From a bacterium (GTDB lineage Bacteria; UBA8248): a stretch of 64,000 nucleotides of DNA. Below the pieces are notes generated by a model. The model was not told the origin of the DNA, made no database searches, and was given only the letters and a program-made list of their open reading frames with translations. Location: assembly GCA_965203325.1 (NCBI GenBank), contig OZ241875.1, positions 1,504,001 to 1,568,000 on the forward strand, given 5' to 3'. Made by a program: the position numbers and the translations under genes. Each line of letters starts with the position of its first letter. Positions within the stretch are counted from its first letter, which is position 1. Positions 1 through 9,147 of the stretch are shown one piece after another.

Positions 1-712
1 TGAGCGCGAACGCGGCCTGCAGGCGCTTTCCGTATTTGAGTTCCACCACGTGCCAGCCGTGCAGGCGGAACTGATCGCGAATCTGCTGCGCCTTGCCGTC
101 GGGCACGACGCGGTCCAGGCTCTGTCGGTTCAGGTCCACCACCCAGATGACGTTGCCGAGATGGGCCACGTATTCCTCCGCCAGCGCCTCCCAGATGTTG
201 CCCTCGTCGAGTTCCGCGTCCCCCACCAGGGAGATGAAGCGCTGCGGCGGGCCCGCGCCGAAGTGATCGTCGATGTAGGACTGCATGAGCGCGGCGAACG
301 AGGCGGCCACCGAGGGCAGCCCGAGCGAGCCGGTGGAGAAATCGACGGGGTATTCATCCTTCGAGCGGCTGGGATAGGCCTGGAGGCCGCCGAAGGCGCG
401 GAGATCGCGTAAGCGCTCCATCGGCAAATCGCCGCGCAAGGCGTGGGCCGCGTGCAGGACGGGCGAGGCGTGGGGCTTAATGGCGAGCCTGTCCCCCGTC
501 TTGAGCCAGCGGAAGAACATGGCCGTCATCAGGCTCACGACGGAGGACGAACTCGCCTGGTGGCCGCCTATCTTGATGTTCTCGGAGCCTGCGCGCAGGT
601 TGTTCGCGTAATGGACGCTGTAGGTGGAGAGCCACAGGAGGCGCTTCTCGATAAGCCGCAGAATATCGGCTTCATCCGGCTCGATGGAGTTCGTCTCTGG
701 CGGAGGGTTCAC
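1..712 (-). CDS. Pyruvate dehydrogenase E1 (AceE)/transketolase-like ThDP enzyme, 5' part (runs off window start)
   Basis: Manual minus-strand translation from GTG at 712 gives ...KIGGHQASSSS...KPHASP...GGLQAYPSR...DFSTGSLG...GDAELDEGNIWEA...DLNRQSLD, the ThDP-binding motifs. Not in the ORF track because it lacks a stop. Confidence 0.85.
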   Translation of the reverse strand, partial: MNPPPETNSIEPDEADILRLIEKRLLWLSTYSVHYANNLRAGSENIKIGGHQASSSSVVSLMTAMFFRWLKTGDRLAIKPHASPVLHAAHALRGDLPMERLRDLRAFGGLQAYPSRSKDEYPVDFSTGSLGLPSVAASFAALMQSYIDDHFGAGPPQRFISLVGDAELDEGNIWEALAEEYVAHLGNVIWVVDLNRQSLDRVVPDGKAQQIRDQFRLHGWHVVELKYGKRLQAAFAL

Positions 713-739
713 GCCCGTCCCTCCCCCGAGGCTGCAGGG

Positions 740-1447
740 TTATCCGCGCACCCCGGTGTGAAGCTCGGCGATGCCGCCCGTCATCGGGCGACGGTTCACC
801 TCGCGAAAGCCCGCATCGCGCATCATCGCCGAGAACTGCTCGGCTTCGGGAAATTCATAAACCGTGTTTGGGAGGTAATTATACGCGCTTCTGTGGGCTG
901 AGACGAGTCTGCCCACCACCGGCAGGAGAACCTTGAAGTAAAAGGCATATAAAAGCCCAAACAGGCCACCAGGGTGTCCGAATTCCAGCACTACGAGCCT
1001 GCCGCCCTCTTTCAAGACGCGGCCCATTTCCTTTAAGCCCGCCTCACGATCCTCGAAATTGCGAAGACCGAACGCGATGATCACCCCGTCGAACGCACCG
1101 TCCCCAAAAGGGAGGCTCAGCCCGTCTCCCTGGATGAGGGATAAGGGAGCGCCCTGCCTCTCCGCCTTCGTCTTCCCGCGCGCGAGCATGGGATACGCGA
1201 AATCAACGCCGAAGATGCGCGCGCCGCGTCCGGCTTGGGCGTACACTTCCAGAGCGACGTCGGCCGTGCCCGTCGCCAGATCGAGAAAGCAGGCCTCTCC
1301 TTTGAAATCGCTAAGAAGGCTCGCCACCGCGCGCTTGCGCCAGAGGCGGTCGACGCCGAAGCTCAAAAGCCGGTTCAGGAGGTCGTAGGTGGGCGCGATG
1401 TCCGAGAACATCGCCTGGACTTCGCGTTTCTCGACCCGGGTCGGCAC
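740..1447 (-). CDS. menG: UbiE/MenG family demethylmenaquinone methyltransferase
   Basis: MFSDIAPTYDLLNRLLSFGVDRLWR, LDLATGTAD SAM motif, AFGLRN; clustered with prenyltransferase and UbiD genes. Confidence 0.9.
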   Translation of the reverse strand: MPTRVEKREVQAMFSDIAPTYDLLNRLLSFGVDRLWRKRAVASLLSDFKGEACFLDLATGTADVALEVYAQAGRGARIFGVDFAYPMLARGKTKAERQGAPLSLIQGDGLSLPFGDGAFDGVIIAFGLRNFEDREAGLKEMGRVLKEGGRLVVLEFGHPGGLFGLLYAFYFKVLLPVVGRLVSAHRSAYNYLPNTVYEFPEAEQFSAMMRDAGFREVNRRPMTGGIAELHTGVRG

Positions 1448-1453
1448 GCGCGC

Positions 1454-2332
1454 TCAGCCCGCGCCGATGAGCACGTCGGCGACCGCACCCGATGCGACCA
1501 CCACGGACACCCAGGCGTTGAGATTAAAGAAGGATATGTCTACGCGGCTCAAATCGTCGGGCCGCACGATCCAGTGCTCCCAGAACAGGAGACACCCCGC
1601 CGCCGCCAGCGCGAGCCAGTAAACGGGGCCGAGACCGAATATCCAGCCCGCGGCGAAGAAACAGGCCAGCGTCCCCAGATGGGCGAGCGCTGAGACGATG
1701 AGCGCGCCCTTCACGCCCAGAAGACGCGGGAGGGAGTGGATATTCTCCTCGCCGTCGAAATCCACGTCCAGACAGGCGTATATGAGGTCGAAGCCGCCGA
1801 CCCAGAGGGTGACGCCGCAGAAGAGCAGAACGGGCACAAAGCCCAGATCGCCGCGCACGGCCACCCACGCGCCCGCAGGCGCACAGCCCAGGACGAAGCC
1901 CAGGAACAGGTGCGTCCAGGAGGTAAATCGTTTCGAGTAGCTGTAGAAGACGATGCAGGCCGCCACGGCGAAGGAAAGCGCGAACGCGAGCGGATTCAGC
2001 ATCCAGGCCGAGAGGAGGAAGAGCGCCAGAAAGCCCGCCAGCATCATGAGGATGGATTTCGAATGGAGCAGCGCCTGGAACTCGGCGCGGTCTTTCGTCC
2101 TCGGGTTCTTGGGGTCGATGTCCCTGTCGGCGAAGCGGTTGAGCGACATGGCGAAATTCCGCGCGCCCACCGCCGCCATGACCATCCAGAACAGGACCCA
2201 GGCGGAGGGAACCCCGCCGGCCGCCATCACGCCGCCCATCAGCACGAAGGGGAGCCCGAAGACGGTGTGCTCGAACTTCACCATGCGCAGGAACTGTTTG
2301 AAACTCGCGCTCATCGACGCCTCAGCCGCCAA
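1454..2332 (-). CDS. UbiA-like polyprenyltransferase (MqnP type)
   Basis: VKFEHTVFGLPF, NRFADRDIDPKNPRT, YSYSKRFT, GFDLIYACLDVDFD; multiple TM helices. Confidence 0.9.
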   Translation of the reverse strand: MAAEASMSASFKQFLRMVKFEHTVFGLPFVLMGGVMAAGGVPSAWVLFWMVMAAVGARNFAMSLNRFADRDIDPKNPRTKDRAEFQALLHSKSILMMLAGFLALFLLSAWMLNPLAFALSFAVAACIVFYSYSKRFTSWTHLFLGFVLGCAPAGAWVAVRGDLGFVPVLLFCGVTLWVGGFDLIYACLDVDFDGEENIHSLPRLLGVKGALIVSALAHLGTLACFFAAGWIFGLGPVYWLALAAAGCLLFWEHWIVRPDDLSRVDISFFNLNAWVSVVVASGAVADVLIGAG

Positions 2333-3785
2333 GGCCGTACTCCTCCCAGCGCCTCGTGACGCGCTCTTTTATCTCGTCCGTCATCACGATCTCGGGCGGC
2401 CATTCGCGCTCGAAACCCTCGGACGCCCATTTCCGGGTGCCGTCCACGCCCACCTTGCTGCCCACGTGGAGGCGGGGCGCGGCGTGTTCGAGCGCGTCCA
2501 CGGGGCCGTCGACGAACACCATGTCGCGCCTCGGGTCGATGCTGCCGAGCACCTTCCAGGAGACCTCGCTGATGTCGTGCACGTTCACGTCCTCATCCAC
2601 GATGACGATGACCTTCGCGAGCGCCATCTGCCCCATCCCCCACAGGGCGTACATGACCTTGCGCGCGTGGTAGGGATAGGACTTGCGTATCGAGACGATC
2701 ACCATGTTGTGGAACACGCCCTCCGCCGGCATGTGCACGTCCACGATCTCGGGGAGCTGCATCTTCATCAGCGGCAGGAAGATGCGCCCCGTCGCGCCGC
2801 CGAGCCAGTAGTCCTCCATCGGCGGGCGGCCCACGATGGTGGTGGGGTAGATGGCCTCGCGCTTTCTCGTGATGGCCGTCACGTGAAAGACGGGGTAGTC
2901 GTCCGCCAGGGAATACCAGCCCGTGTGATCGCCGAAGGGTCCTTCTTCCCTCAACTCGCCGGGGTTCAGGTAGCCCTCCACCACGATGTCCGAATCCGCG
3001 GGCACCTCCACGTCCACCGTCTTGCACTTGACCAGCTCGGCGCTCTTTCGCCTTAAAAAACCGGCCAGGTTCAACTCGTCAATCGCGGGCGGAAGCGGCG
3101 CGCTCGCCGCGTAGACGTAGACGGGGTCGCCGCCCAGGGCGATCGCCATCTCCATGCGCGCGCCCATCTTCGTGCTGTCCTGAAAGTTCTGCGCCCCGTC
3201 GTGGTGTAAGTGCATGTGCATGCCGGCGGTCTTCTCGTCAAAAAACTGCACGCGGTAGAGGCCCACGTTCCTGCGGCCCGTCCGGGGGTTTCGCGAGTAG
3301 ATGTGCCCGAAGGTAATGTAGCGTCCCGCGTCCTCGGGCCAGCACTTGATGGCGGGTATCGAGAAGAGATCCGGGTTTTCGGTCTCGACGATCTCCTGGC
3401 ACGGGGCCGCGCTCACCGTTTTCGGGGAGAAAGAAGCGAGCCGCGCGAGCTTGGGCAGCATCTTCACCTTCTCGATGATGCCCTCGGGCGGCTTGATTTC
3501 GAGAAGCTCGGCCACCTCGTCCGCCACCGCGTCCATGCTGTCGACGCCCAAGGCCATTTTCATCCGAAGGTCCGAGGCGTAGGCGTTGATTAGGACGGGT
3601 ATGTCGTATTCGCGCCCGTCGGGATCGACCGGCTTTTCGAACAACAGGGCGGGGCCGCCGCTCTTCACCGAGCGGTCGGCGATCTCGGTGATCTCGAGTT
3701 CGATATCCACCGGAACCTGGACGCGGCGCAACTCGCCCGCGCGTTCTAAAGCGTCGACGAAATCTTTGAGGGAGGCGTACGCCAT
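2322..3785 (-). CDS. UbiD family menaquinone-biosynthesis decarboxylase (MqnL type)
   Basis: Start MAYASLKDFVDALE; EGPFGDHTGWY, GRPPMED and VIVIVDEDV motifs. Confidence 0.9.
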   Translation of the reverse strand: MAYASLKDFVDALERAGELRRVQVPVDIELEITEIADRSVKSGGPALLFEKPVDPDGREYDIPVLINAYASDLRMKMALGVDSMDAVADEVAELLEIKPPEGIIEKVKMLPKLARLASFSPKTVSAAPCQEIVETENPDLFSIPAIKCWPEDAGRYITFGHIYSRNPRTGRRNVGLYRVQFFDEKTAGMHMHLHHDGAQNFQDSTKMGARMEMAIALGGDPVYVYAASAPLPPAIDELNLAGFLRRKSAELVKCKTVDVEVPADSDIVVEGYLNPGELREEGPFGDHTGWYSLADDYPVFHVTAITRKREAIYPTTIVGRPPMEDYWLGGATGRIFLPLMKMQLPEIVDVHMPAEGVFHNMVIVSIRKSYPYHARKVMYALWGMGQMALAKVIVIVDEDVNVHDISEVSWKVLGSIDPRRDMVFVDGPVDALEHAAPRLHVGSKVGVDGTRKWASEGFEREWPPEIVMTDEIKERVTRRWEEYGLGG

Positions 3786-3798
3786 GTTTTCGAAAAAA

Positions 3799-4083
3799 CT
3801 ATTCGATGACCTTGGGAACGCGGAAATGGCCCTTTGCGAAATCGGGCGCCATCTTCTCCATGTTCTCGATGGGGGAGTCGGTGACCGCATCCTCGCGGAA
3901 CACGTTCGTGATGTCTAGGACGTGCGAGGTGGGCGCCACGCCCTCGGTGTCCACCTCGTTCAGCTTGGCGATGTGCTCCAGAATCGCGCCGAGCTGCCCG
4001 GTGAATTTCTCGATCTCATCCTCGCTGAGATTGAGCCGCGCCAGCCTGGAAACGTGAACCACATCTTCTCTTGAGATGGACAT
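3799..4083 (-). CDS. gatC: Asp/Glu-tRNA amidotransferase subunit C
   Basis: MSISREDVVHVSRLARL...EVDTEGVAPTSH...FRED...FRVPKVIE. Confidence 0.92.
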   Translation of the reverse strand: MSISREDVVHVSRLARLNLSEDEIEKFTGQLGAILEHIAKLNEVDTEGVAPTSHVLDITNVFREDAVTDSPIENMEKMAPDFAKGHFRVPKVIE

Positions 4084-4102
4084 CTCTTCCCCCTTTGCGC
4101 CC

Positions 4103-6412
4103 TTATACCGCCCGGTTCTCGCCCGCGTCAACGCCCTCATCCGCAGGCGAGAGCGGCGCGTACTTCAAGACCAGCTTCCTGAGGCCCGCGTTCTCGAACT
4201 CCACGCTCACCGTCGCCCGGTCTCCGGTTCCCTCGCGTGAGCGGATGACGCCGACCCCGAATTTCTTGTGCCTGACGCGCGCGCCGGGCGCAAAGGGGCC
4301 GAGCGCGGCGGCGGGTACGGCGGGCGCGCTCTTCTCTTTCCGGGGAGGAGCGGCTTTCGCTTCCGCCAGGATATCGGCGTAGCGCGAGTCGGTGGAATCG
4401 CGCGGCGCCTTGAAACCGCGCGGGGCGCGTCTGCGCGTCTGCGCGTGATCGCCTATGCGCTTGATGAGATCGGACCCCAATCCCTCCATAAAGCGGCTCG
4501 GACGCGACGACCAGCTTTCCTTGGCGCCGTCGGGCCGACGCTCCTTGGCCCACGAGAGAGTTAAAAACTCCTTCGCCCGCGTGACGCCCACATAGAGGAG
4601 CCTCCTCTCCTCATCCAAGGCCGCCGGCTCGTCGCGGGAGCGGCTGTGCGGGATCAATCCATCCTGTACGCCGACGACGCCCACGGCGGCGAACTCCAGG
4701 CCCTTCGCCGCGTGAAGCGTCATCAGGGAGAGCGCCCCGCTCTCACCGGACATCTCATCCGCCTCGCCCATGAGCGCCAACTCCTCCAGAAACAAGCTTT
4801 TGGCTTCATCCGATTGGGGCGAGAGGCCCTCTTCTTCGGTGATCCGGTCTTCGAAAGCACGGGCCGCGGCGATGAATTCCTTCGCGCCCTCCAGCGCCCT
4901 GGCAGCGGCGCGGCGGCGTTCCGGCGACGTGCTCCTTTGCGCGGCGCCTTCCAGCCAGGCCTGGTAGCCCGTGCGTTCGAGTATTTCCTCGATCAGGCGC
5001 GCGGGTCCCGCCTTCAGGGCAGCAAGAGACTCCAGCGTCTTCAGCAAGTCCGCAAGCATTTGCGCGGCGTTTCCCCGGATGCGGCCTGTGGCCAGGGCGG
5101 CTTGCGCGTCGGCGGTCGTGACACCCTGCGCGCCTTCGCCCGCTATCGCCTTCAAGCGCTCCGGCCCCAGCCCCCGTGGCGGGCGGTTGACGACCCGCGA
5201 GAAAGCCGCGCCGTCCCCGGGCCGGATGAGCAGCCTGAAATAGGCCGCCAGGTCCTGCACCTCGTTACGGTCGAAAAACCGCTGGCCCTTCACTATCTGA
5301 TAAGGAATCCCCCGCCTGCGGGCCGCTTCTTCGAGCGGACGCGACTGCGTGTTGATACGGTAGAAGACGGCGGTCTCTCCCCACGGAATCTCACCGCCCG
5401 CTCCCGCCTCGATGAGGCGCTTGATGACGGCTTCCGCCTCTTCCTCGGCGTTCGCCGCCGCCAGATAGCATACGGCCTCACCCGCAGCCTTGCGCGTGAA
5501 GAGGCGCTTCTCGTGCCGCGCCCCGGCCCCACCCATGATGCGCGAGGCGAGATTCAATATCGCGCCGCTCGATCGGTAGTTCTCCTCCAGGCGAAACACC
5601 CTGGCGCCCGGGAACCTGCGCTCGAAATCGAGGATGTTCTCCACCCGCGCGCCCCGCCAGCCGTAGATGCCCTGATCGTCATCCCCCACGGCGAACACCC
5701 GCCCGTGAACGCGCGAGAGCACGGCCACGAGTTCGTCCTGCACCGGGTTGGTGTCCTGGTATTCGTCGACGAGTATTTCCTCGAAGCGGTCCTGGTATTT
5801 CCTGAGAACCTCTGGATGCCGTTTGAACATGCTTAGAGGTCGCGCCAGCAGGTCGTCGAAATCCACGGCGCCCGCCTCGCGCAGGGCGCGCTCATAGGCG
5901 GGGGTGATTTTCCGGGCCGCCCCGTCGATGCTGAAAGGAGCAGGATCGGCATCCTCCGCCTCCGCCAGCGAGGTCTTCCGGCGGCCTATCTGCTCCAGAA
6001 CCGACCGGGGCGCGTAGCGCTCCTCGCTGATCTTCGCCTCCGCCAAGCAGCGTTTTACGAGCGTCAGGCACTCCCCGCGCGAGAAGATAGAGAAATTGGA
6101 GGACAAGCCCGCCGCTTCGGCTTCTGCTCTCAGAATCCTTGCGCAGACGGCGTGAAAGGTGCCCACCCAGATGCCGCGGACGCCTGCGCCCAAGGATGCG
6201 AACAGGCGCTCTTTCATCTCGCCCGCCGCCTTGTTCGTGAAGGTGATGGCCAGAATCCGGTTCGGGGCGAGGCCCTCGTCGAGCAGGCGCAGGATGCGGT
6301 GGACGATCACCCGCGTCTTGCCCGAGCCCGCGCCCGCCAGCACCAGATTGGCGCCCGGCGGCGCGAGCACCGCCTCTTTCTGCTGGGGGTTCAGGTTTTC
6401 CAGATAGTCCAC
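4103..6412 (-). CDS. pcrA: UvrD/PcrA ATP-dependent DNA helicase
   Basis: LAGAGSGKT, ITFTNKAA, VDEYQDTN, VGDDDQGIY, LEENYRS, TLHAAKGLEF, EERRLLYVGVTRA; C-terminal Tudor-like VRHKKFGVG. Confidence 0.9.
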   Translation of the reverse strand: MDYLENLNPQQKEAVLAPPGANLVLAGAGSGKTRVIVHRILRLLDEGLAPNRILAITFTNKAAGEMKERLFASLGAGVRGIWVGTFHAVCARILRAEAEAAGLSSNFSIFSRGECLTLVKRCLAEAKISEERYAPRSVLEQIGRRKTSLAEAEDADPAPFSIDGAARKITPAYERALREAGAVDFDDLLARPLSMFKRHPEVLRKYQDRFEEILVDEYQDTNPVQDELVAVLSRVHGRVFAVGDDDQGIYGWRGARVENILDFERRFPGARVFRLEENYRSSGAILNLASRIMGGAGARHEKRLFTRKAAGEAVCYLAAANAEEEAEAVIKRLIEAGAGGEIPWGETAVFYRINTQSRPLEEAARRRGIPYQIVKGQRFFDRNEVQDLAAYFRLLIRPGDGAAFSRVVNRPPRGLGPERLKAIAGEGAQGVTTADAQAALATGRIRGNAAQMLADLLKTLESLAALKAGPARLIEEILERTGYQAWLEGAAQRSTSPERRRAAARALEGAKEFIAAARAFEDRITEEEGLSPQSDEAKSLFLEELALMGEADEMSGESGALSLMTLHAAKGLEFAAVGVVGVQDGLIPHSRSRDEPAALDEERRLLYVGVTRAKEFLTLSWAKERRPDGAKESWSSRPSRFMEGLGSDLIKRIGDHAQTRRRAPRGFKAPRDSTDSRYADILAEAKAAPPRKEKSAPAVPAAALGPFAPGARVRHKKFGVGVIRSREGTGDRATVSVEFENAGLRKLVLKYAPLSPADEGVDAGENRAV

Positions 6413-6428
6413 GGGTATGTTTCTCGGC

Positions 6429-7205
6429 TCAGAACCGGCGGCGGCCCACGCTCGATTTGGGGCCGCGGATGAGCGTGCGCTCGGGATAGACGCCCTTCGA
6501 GACGGTCGCGTTCGGCGCGACCCAGGAGCCGGCCCCCAGCATCACGCCCGGAGACGTCACGACGTTACAGCCGATCTCTGCGTCATCGCCCACCACCGCG
6601 CCGAACTTCGTGAGGCCGGTGTCGACCCGTTCCCCTTCCGCGCGCAGGACGATGTTCTTCACCGCGCCCGCTCTTTTCTCTTCTTCCGTCCTGAGTTCCA
6701 GGTTCGCCAGCTTGGCGCCCGCGCCCAGATTGGCATCCGCGCCCAGAATGCTGTCCCCCACGTAGGCGAAATGCCCCGCCTGCGCGCCGTTCAAAAAGAC
6801 GCTGTTCTTGACTTCGGTCGCATGGCCCACGACGGCGTCCGGCCCGATGAGGCATCCTCCCCGCAGATATGCCCCGTGCCGGACTTCCGCGCCCGAGCAA
6901 AGCACCGTCGGCCCCTTGATGACGCATCCCGGCTCCACCCGCACGCCCGCCTCGATGAGCAGGCCGACGGAGGCGATTTTCAGGCTCTCTCCTGTTACGA
7001 GCAGGCCCTCGCTCACGATGAGGCCCTCCTCCACCCGGAGCGCTGAGGCCTCTGCCAAAGGCGCATCCGCCTCGTCCACCAGATTCCGGATGAAACCATC
7101 CAGCAGGCCGACGGCCTCCCAAGCGTGCGCCGCACCATCGAACAAAGCCGAGTGCGGAAACTCGCCGAGCCTTCGGAAATAGGTTTCAGGCGTCGTCGCG
7201 CTCAT
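6429..7205 (-). CDS. GlmU-related left-handed beta-helix acetyltransferase (no nucleotidyltransferase domain)
   Basis: Hexapeptide repeats, GHATEVKNS, HFAYVGDSILG, NLGAG, TGLTKFGAVVGD; ATGA overlap with the glmM stop. Confidence 0.75.
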   Translation of the reverse strand: MSATTPETYFRRLGEFPHSALFDGAAHAWEAVGLLDGFIRNLVDEADAPLAEASALRVEEGLIVSEGLLVTGESLKIASVGLLIEAGVRVEPGCVIKGPTVLCSGAEVRHGAYLRGGCLIGPDAVVGHATEVKNSVFLNGAQAGHFAYVGDSILGADANLGAGAKLANLELRTEEEKRAGAVKNIVLRAEGERVDTGLTKFGAVVGDDAEIGCNVVTSPGVMLGAGSWVAPNATVSKGVYPERTLIRGPKSSVGRRRF

Positions 7206-9133
7206 CTTTTCTGCTCCAGATACCACTCGCCGAGCGGCGTGATGCGTAAAACTCCTGCTTCTTCCCGCGCCAGACCGCCGCGCAGAACTTCTTTTCTGAC
7301 CTCGGCCGCTTGAGTCGGCGCGCCGAAGCGGGCTTGGGCGTCCAAATCCAGATGCGCATCGACGGCCGCAATATCCATTTCACGCTCCCTCAAGGCTTCG
7401 AGCAAGCTCGCCTCCGCCCGCGCGCCGGGGGCGCCATGGTCCTTCATGCGCCCTAGAATCTCGCGCAGCACCTCATCCCCAACGGCGCAGAGTTTTTCTT
7501 CCCACCCGGCGGGGCTTCTCAGAACCACGCCCGTCCGGCTCTCGGTGCCCGAGTTCCTTACATAAACCGCGCCCAGCGGCCCGCCCGCCCCGTCTTCCAG
7601 GGCGAGATACATGACGCCCGCATCGTCCTCCAAAGGCGCAAAGCGGGGAGTGGCTACGCCCGAGAAGGCGCTCTTCGCAGCCTCCATCAGTTTCGCGCCG
7701 ATGGCCTCCCACGCTTCCGTTCCCGGCGCGAAGCGGCTCCGCGCCACGTGGTAGGCATAATAAGACCTCTTGAACCCCCGGGGAAACGGCGCAGCGACCG
7801 CCACATACGCTTCTTCGGGTTCGGCGTTCTCGAAAAGGCTCCGCAGCGCGGCACAGGTGTTGAGGAAACTCTTGAGACCGTCTCCTGCCGCGAGCCTGCG
7901 CCCCTCGCCCAAAGCGTTGACGAGCAGGCCCGGCACGACCGTGTGGCCCGATTCCTCACCCCCCAGGGCGAAGCGGTCCCCGAACCTGCGCGCCTCGTTC
8001 AATATCCACTTATCCCCCACGGGGGTGAAGACGACGCGCAGGCCCGTCTCATTCAGGGCCGCCGCCGCGCCCGAATCGCTCTCTATCGTGATGGCGGCCA
8101 CGCCGTCTTCGGGCAGTTCATTCTCCCGCTCAAGGAAACGGGCTTGTAAGACGAGCGCGTCGTCGCCGTCCAGGACGTGAAGCGCATCCCGGAACGGATT
8201 GTAGACGAGGGAGTAGCCCCTGTCGCCGTCGGCGTCCAGGACGCAGGCCGCCGCCAGGCCGTCGCCTTTTTTCAGATCTTTCCTCCGCGCGCGGCCCGCC
8301 TCAAACAGCGCGCGCGCGCCCGCGTGACCGTCGATGAAACCGGCGTCCGTGCCCTCGACGATGCGCCTGCCTTCGAGAGCGACCACGCCGCCGCCCTCGT
8401 TCACACGGCCATCGCCCAAGGCGTTCACCTCACGCACGCTCAAAGGATGAAATTCCTCCAGCACCTGTGCGGCCAGTCCGCTCCACGCCCCCGCCGCGGG
8501 GTCCACCACGAGGCTCCACCGCGCAAGGTCGCCCGCGCGCAGCCAGCAGTTGGGAAGCTGGGTAATGTAATCGACGTAAAACGCGCGCGCCTCGGCGGCT
8601 GCTTCCACGCCGTGTCCGCTCTCGGGCGTCTGCTCGATCGCGCTCCACTCGTTCGCCCAGACGCGGGCGCTCAACGCCGCATCCTCATCCGGCAGGGGCT
8701 TGGTCGAGTCGGGGGCCAACAGGATTTTCACGCCGTTTTGCTCCGGGGGGTTGTGAGATGCGGTGAGGACCACCGCGCCCGCTCCGCCCACGCCCGCCAG
8801 ATAGGCCGCCGCCGCAGGCGTCGGCATCACGCCGAGCGAGAGGGCGTGCGCGCCCGCACGAAGGAGACCGTTCACGCACGCGGCAGTGAATTCCCCCGCA
8901 ACGTCCCTCGGGTCCCAAGCCAGCACCACCGCGGTCGGGGAGATGAGCTGCTCCGAGGCTCTTTCCAGAAACCAGGCGCCGGCTTCGAAAACGTAGTGCT
9001 CGACGAAGCGGGGCGTGAGGATTCCATACTCCAGGAAGGCCGTGCGCCCGTCGACCCCCTCCGCCTGTGGGTGATCCTCATCGGCGGCGAGGCCACGAAC
9101 CCCGTCCGTTCCCTGAAACTTCGCGTTCGGCAT
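7202..9133 (-). CDS. glmM: Phosphoglucosamine mutase-like phosphohexomutase, extended (643 aa)
   Basis: FQGTDGVRG, TASHNP catalytic Ser, DADGDR metal loop, VGDKWI, GGEESGH, RNSGTE; adjacent to glmS. Confidence 0.75.
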   Translation of the reverse strand: MPNAKFQGTDGVRGLAADEDHPQAEGVDGRTAFLEYGILTPRFVEHYVFEAGAWFLERASEQLISPTAVVLAWDPRDVAGEFTAACVNGLLRAGAHALSLGVMPTPAAAAYLAGVGGAGAVVLTASHNPPEQNGVKILLAPDSTKPLPDEDAALSARVWANEWSAIEQTPESGHGVEAAAEARAFYVDYITQLPNCWLRAGDLARWSLVVDPAAGAWSGLAAQVLEEFHPLSVREVNALGDGRVNEGGGVVALEGRRIVEGTDAGFIDGHAGARALFEAGRARRKDLKKGDGLAAACVLDADGDRGYSLVYNPFRDALHVLDGDDALVLQARFLERENELPEDGVAAITIESDSGAAAALNETGLRVVFTPVGDKWILNEARRFGDRFALGGEESGHTVVPGLLVNALGEGRRLAAGDGLKSFLNTCAALRSLFENAEPEEAYVAVAAPFPRGFKRSYYAYHVARSRFAPGTEAWEAIGAKLMEAAKSAFSGVATPRFAPLEDDAGVMYLALEDGAGGPLGAVYVRNSGTESRTGVVLRSPAGWEEKLCAVGDEVLREILGRMKDHGAPGARAEASLLEALREREMDIAAVDAHLDLDAQARFGAPTQAAEVRKEVLRGGLAREEAGVLRITPLGEWYLEQKR

Positions 9134-9147
9134 TTCGGGGAGCGCCC

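Noticed and set aside
3786..3890. N-terminal extension of UbiD overlapping gatC
   Set aside because: Family similarity begins at MAYASL (3785), so the extension is an ORF-caller artefact.
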